In this document: piece after piece, positions 29,560 to 30,984 of the stretch
Layout: each line of letters starts with the position of its first letter
Position numbering within the stretch: the first letter of the stretch is position 1
The notes under the pieces: generated by a model
The model's database searches: none
What the model was told of the DNA's origin: nothing
What the model saw: the letters and a program-made list of their open reading frames with translations, nothing else
Virus record (IMG/VR): IMGVR_UViG_3300013883_000004
Direction: 5' to 3' (one strand)
Origin: a virus
Length of the DNA: 30,984 nt
Position numbers and translations under genes: made by a program

Positions 29560-29605
29560 GAGAAGGGGTACTTATATATCCAACATTGGTATTGTATCCC
29601 TTCTC
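29560..29605 (+). other. Long imperfect hairpin after the HNH gene, with no U-tract
   Basis: GAGAAGGGGTAC (29560-29571) pairs with GTATCCCTTCTC (29594-29605), giving 12 bp with one G-U pair. An apical CCAA/TTGG stem sits inside the loop. Confidence 0.45.
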
Positions 29606-29626
29606 GAATTACATTATATTAAGAAT

Positions 29627-30604
29627 ATGGAAAACAAAACAAAGAAAAAAACAATAGTAATTTATCACGAAGCAATCCCTAAGGTAGGTGGTATAGAAAC
29701 GGTAACATACAATCTTGCAAAGGGATTAGATAAGAATGGGTGGAGAGTTATTTTGACTTTTAAGTCTATGAAAGTTTGGGAGAGTGCTTTCTTTTATGGA
29801 CAGGTGGCCGACATTGTGAAATTAGAAGAATTAGAAAATTATATGAAAGGACAGGTTGCTGATGTGTGTTTAATTGCTAGTAATCATCAACTTCCTGAAC
29901 AGATTAAAGCTAAAAGGTTCTTACAGTGGATTCATTCTGATTATACGAAATACCCTGTTAAGTTGGCAAATAAGGGGAAAGTTGAATACATTGCAGTAAC
30001 ACAACACTGTGCCAACATTATTAAGAAACTTGAAGGAATTAATGCAAAAGTAATATACAACCTAATCAATGAAGATTTTGGGAAAGACAAAAGGAAGGTT
30101 CTAAAATTAGTAACAAATAGTAGAATAAGTAGAGAAAAAGGTTTTGACAGAATGCTCTTAATGGCTAAAAAACTGAAAGAAAACAATATCAGGTTCATCT
30201 GGACAGTATGTGGAGATAATATCTATGATACTAAACAGTTTGATAATGTAAAGGCTACATTTTCTGATATAGAAGAAGTTTCTTTTGTAGGATACAAGAA
30301 AGATGTAACACCGTATTTAAGAGATGCTGATTACTTGGTATTGTTAAGTGATTTTGAGGGTTGTCCACTAGCAGTATTAGAAGCATTGCAGATGGAAGTT
30401 CCCTGTATAGTCACCAACTGGGGAGGCATTAACGAATTAATCGAAGATGGGAGAAATGGCTATATCTTAGATATGCAATTAAAAAACTTAGACAAAGAAA
30501 AAATAAAAGAGATATATGAGTGTAAGTTAAAGTTCAAGTTTGAACCGAAGTCTACAATTAATGATTGGTTAAAATTGTTAGGAGAACAAAATGGTAAAAG
30601 TTAA
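29627..30604 (+). CDS. GT-B fold glycosyltransferase (GT1/GT4-like)
   Basis: The C-terminal domain reads VTNSRISREKGFDRML...LLSDFEGCPLAVLEALQMEVPCIVTN...ELIEDGRNGYI, which includes an EX7E-type motif. Confidence 0.75.
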   Translation: MENKTKKKTIVIYHEAIPKVGGIETVTYNLAKGLDKNGWRVILTFKSMKVWESAFFYGQVADIVKLEELENYMKGQVADVCLIASNHQLPEQIKAKRFLQWIHSDYTKYPVKLANKGKVEYIAVTQHCANIIKKLEGINAKVIYNLINEDFGKDKRKVLKLVTNSRISREKGFDRMLLMAKKLKENNIRFIWTVCGDNIYDTKQFDNVKATFSDIEEVSFVGYKKDVTPYLRDADYLVLLSDFEGCPLAVLEALQMEVPCIVTNWGGINELIEDGRNGYILDMQLKNLDKEKIKEIYECKLKFKFEPKSTINDWLKLLGEQNGKS

Positions 30605-30758
30605 AATAACAAAAAAGTATTTTGATACCGTACTTAAAAAAGAAATAATGCCACAAGAAGTAATAGAAGTTGAACCTGAAAGAGCCTTAGTATTGTGCAA
30701 GGCTGGGGTTTGTGAAATAATAGTAATGGATAAATTAAAGAAAAAATTAAATTATTAA
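30591..30758 (+). CDS. Hypothetical small protein (55 aa), below the track cutoff
   Basis: Hand translation gives MVKVKITKKYFDTVLKKEIMPQEVIEVEPERALVLCKAGVCEIIVMDKLKKKLNY. It overlaps the end of the glycosyltransferase gene. Confidence 0.35.
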   Translation: MVKVKITKKYFDTVLKKEIMPQEVIEVEPERALVLCKAGVCEIIVMDKLKKKLNY

Positions 30759-30768
30759 ACAACTTAAA

Positions 30769-30903
30769 ATGGATAAATTAATAGTATTCAAAAACAATGG
30801 CAAAAACTATATCAAGTTATATGGTAGAGTTTATGAATTAGTTATGCCACAAGAAGAACCTGTTAAGAAAGCGAAAAAGACTAAAAAAGATGAGATAAAA
30901 TAA
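30769..30903 (+). CDS. Hypothetical small protein (44 aa), below the track cutoff
   Basis: It is preceded by AAATTATTAAA at 30749-30759. Hand translation gives MDKLIVFKNNGKNYIKLYGRVYELVMPQEEPVKKAKKTKKDEIK. Confidence 0.35.
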   Translation: MDKLIVFKNNGKNYIKLYGRVYELVMPQEEPVKKAKKTKKDEIK

Positions 30904-30905
30904 TT

Positions 30906-30984
30906 AAAATATAAATTAAAATATAAACTGAAATAAAAATGGAAAGTAAAAAAGATATAGAAACTTACGAATGCTTGGTTAATC
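30906..30984. repeat. Terminal direct repeat, copy 2 (identical to 1-79)
   Basis: An exact 79-nt match to the window start. It includes a truncated second copy of the 34-294 ORF start, with its ATG at 30939. Confidence 0.95.

Noticed and set aside
28978-29605. The HNH gene as part of a group I/II intron, or as a cos-site packaging accessory factor
   Set aside because: The flanking ORFs (27800-28834/28831-28977 and 29627-30604) appear complete rather than split, and I could see no intron core motifs. The gene is not adjacent to terS/terL, and the SPP1-like packaging genes suggest headful rather than HNH-assisted cos cleavage.

Overview
This window is an essentially complete genome of a low-GC tailed phage with siphovirus-type architecture. 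It was assembled as a circle: bases 1-79 recur exactly at 30906-30984, giving a unit length of 30,905 bp. Every credible gene is on the + strand, and all minus-strand ORFs in the track look like shadows. The gene order is as follows. (1) An early, replication and recombination region (34-10166) holds three near-consensus sigma70-type promoters, a winged-helix replication initiator with 11-bp-phased iterons inside its own gene, a Rad52-like annealing protein, a PD-(D/E)XK nuclease and a NinG-like protein. (2) A ParB-domain/DNA methyltransferase fusion follows. (3) The packaging and head module has TerS, a TerL interrupted by a 131-aa mini-intein in its Walker A loop, an SPP1-type portal, a gp7/MuF-like protein, a scaffold and a capsid protein. 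(4) The connector and tail module has a TP901-1-like major tail protein, a G/G-T chaperone with a TTTTTTA -1 slip site, a tape measure, distal tail proteins and fibres. (5) A lysis cassette carries an XhlA-like protein, an Amidase_2 endolysin and a holin. (6) An accessory region carries a metallophosphoesterase, a GC-enriched HNH cassette with a structured leader, and a GT-B glycosyltransferase. No integrase or repressor was seen. The most interesting locus is 4409-6427. It is a roughly 600-nt GC-enriched non-coding block that folds into at least two elaborate RNAs. One of them contains a complete but circularly permuted tRNA-like cloverleaf. The block sits directly upstream of a Ro60/Rsr orthologue (TROVE + vWA), so the locus looks like a phage-borne Ro60-Y RNA ribonucleoprotein module with an extra unclassified RNA. 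All calls come from reading the sequence and from remembered family motifs; no searches were run.
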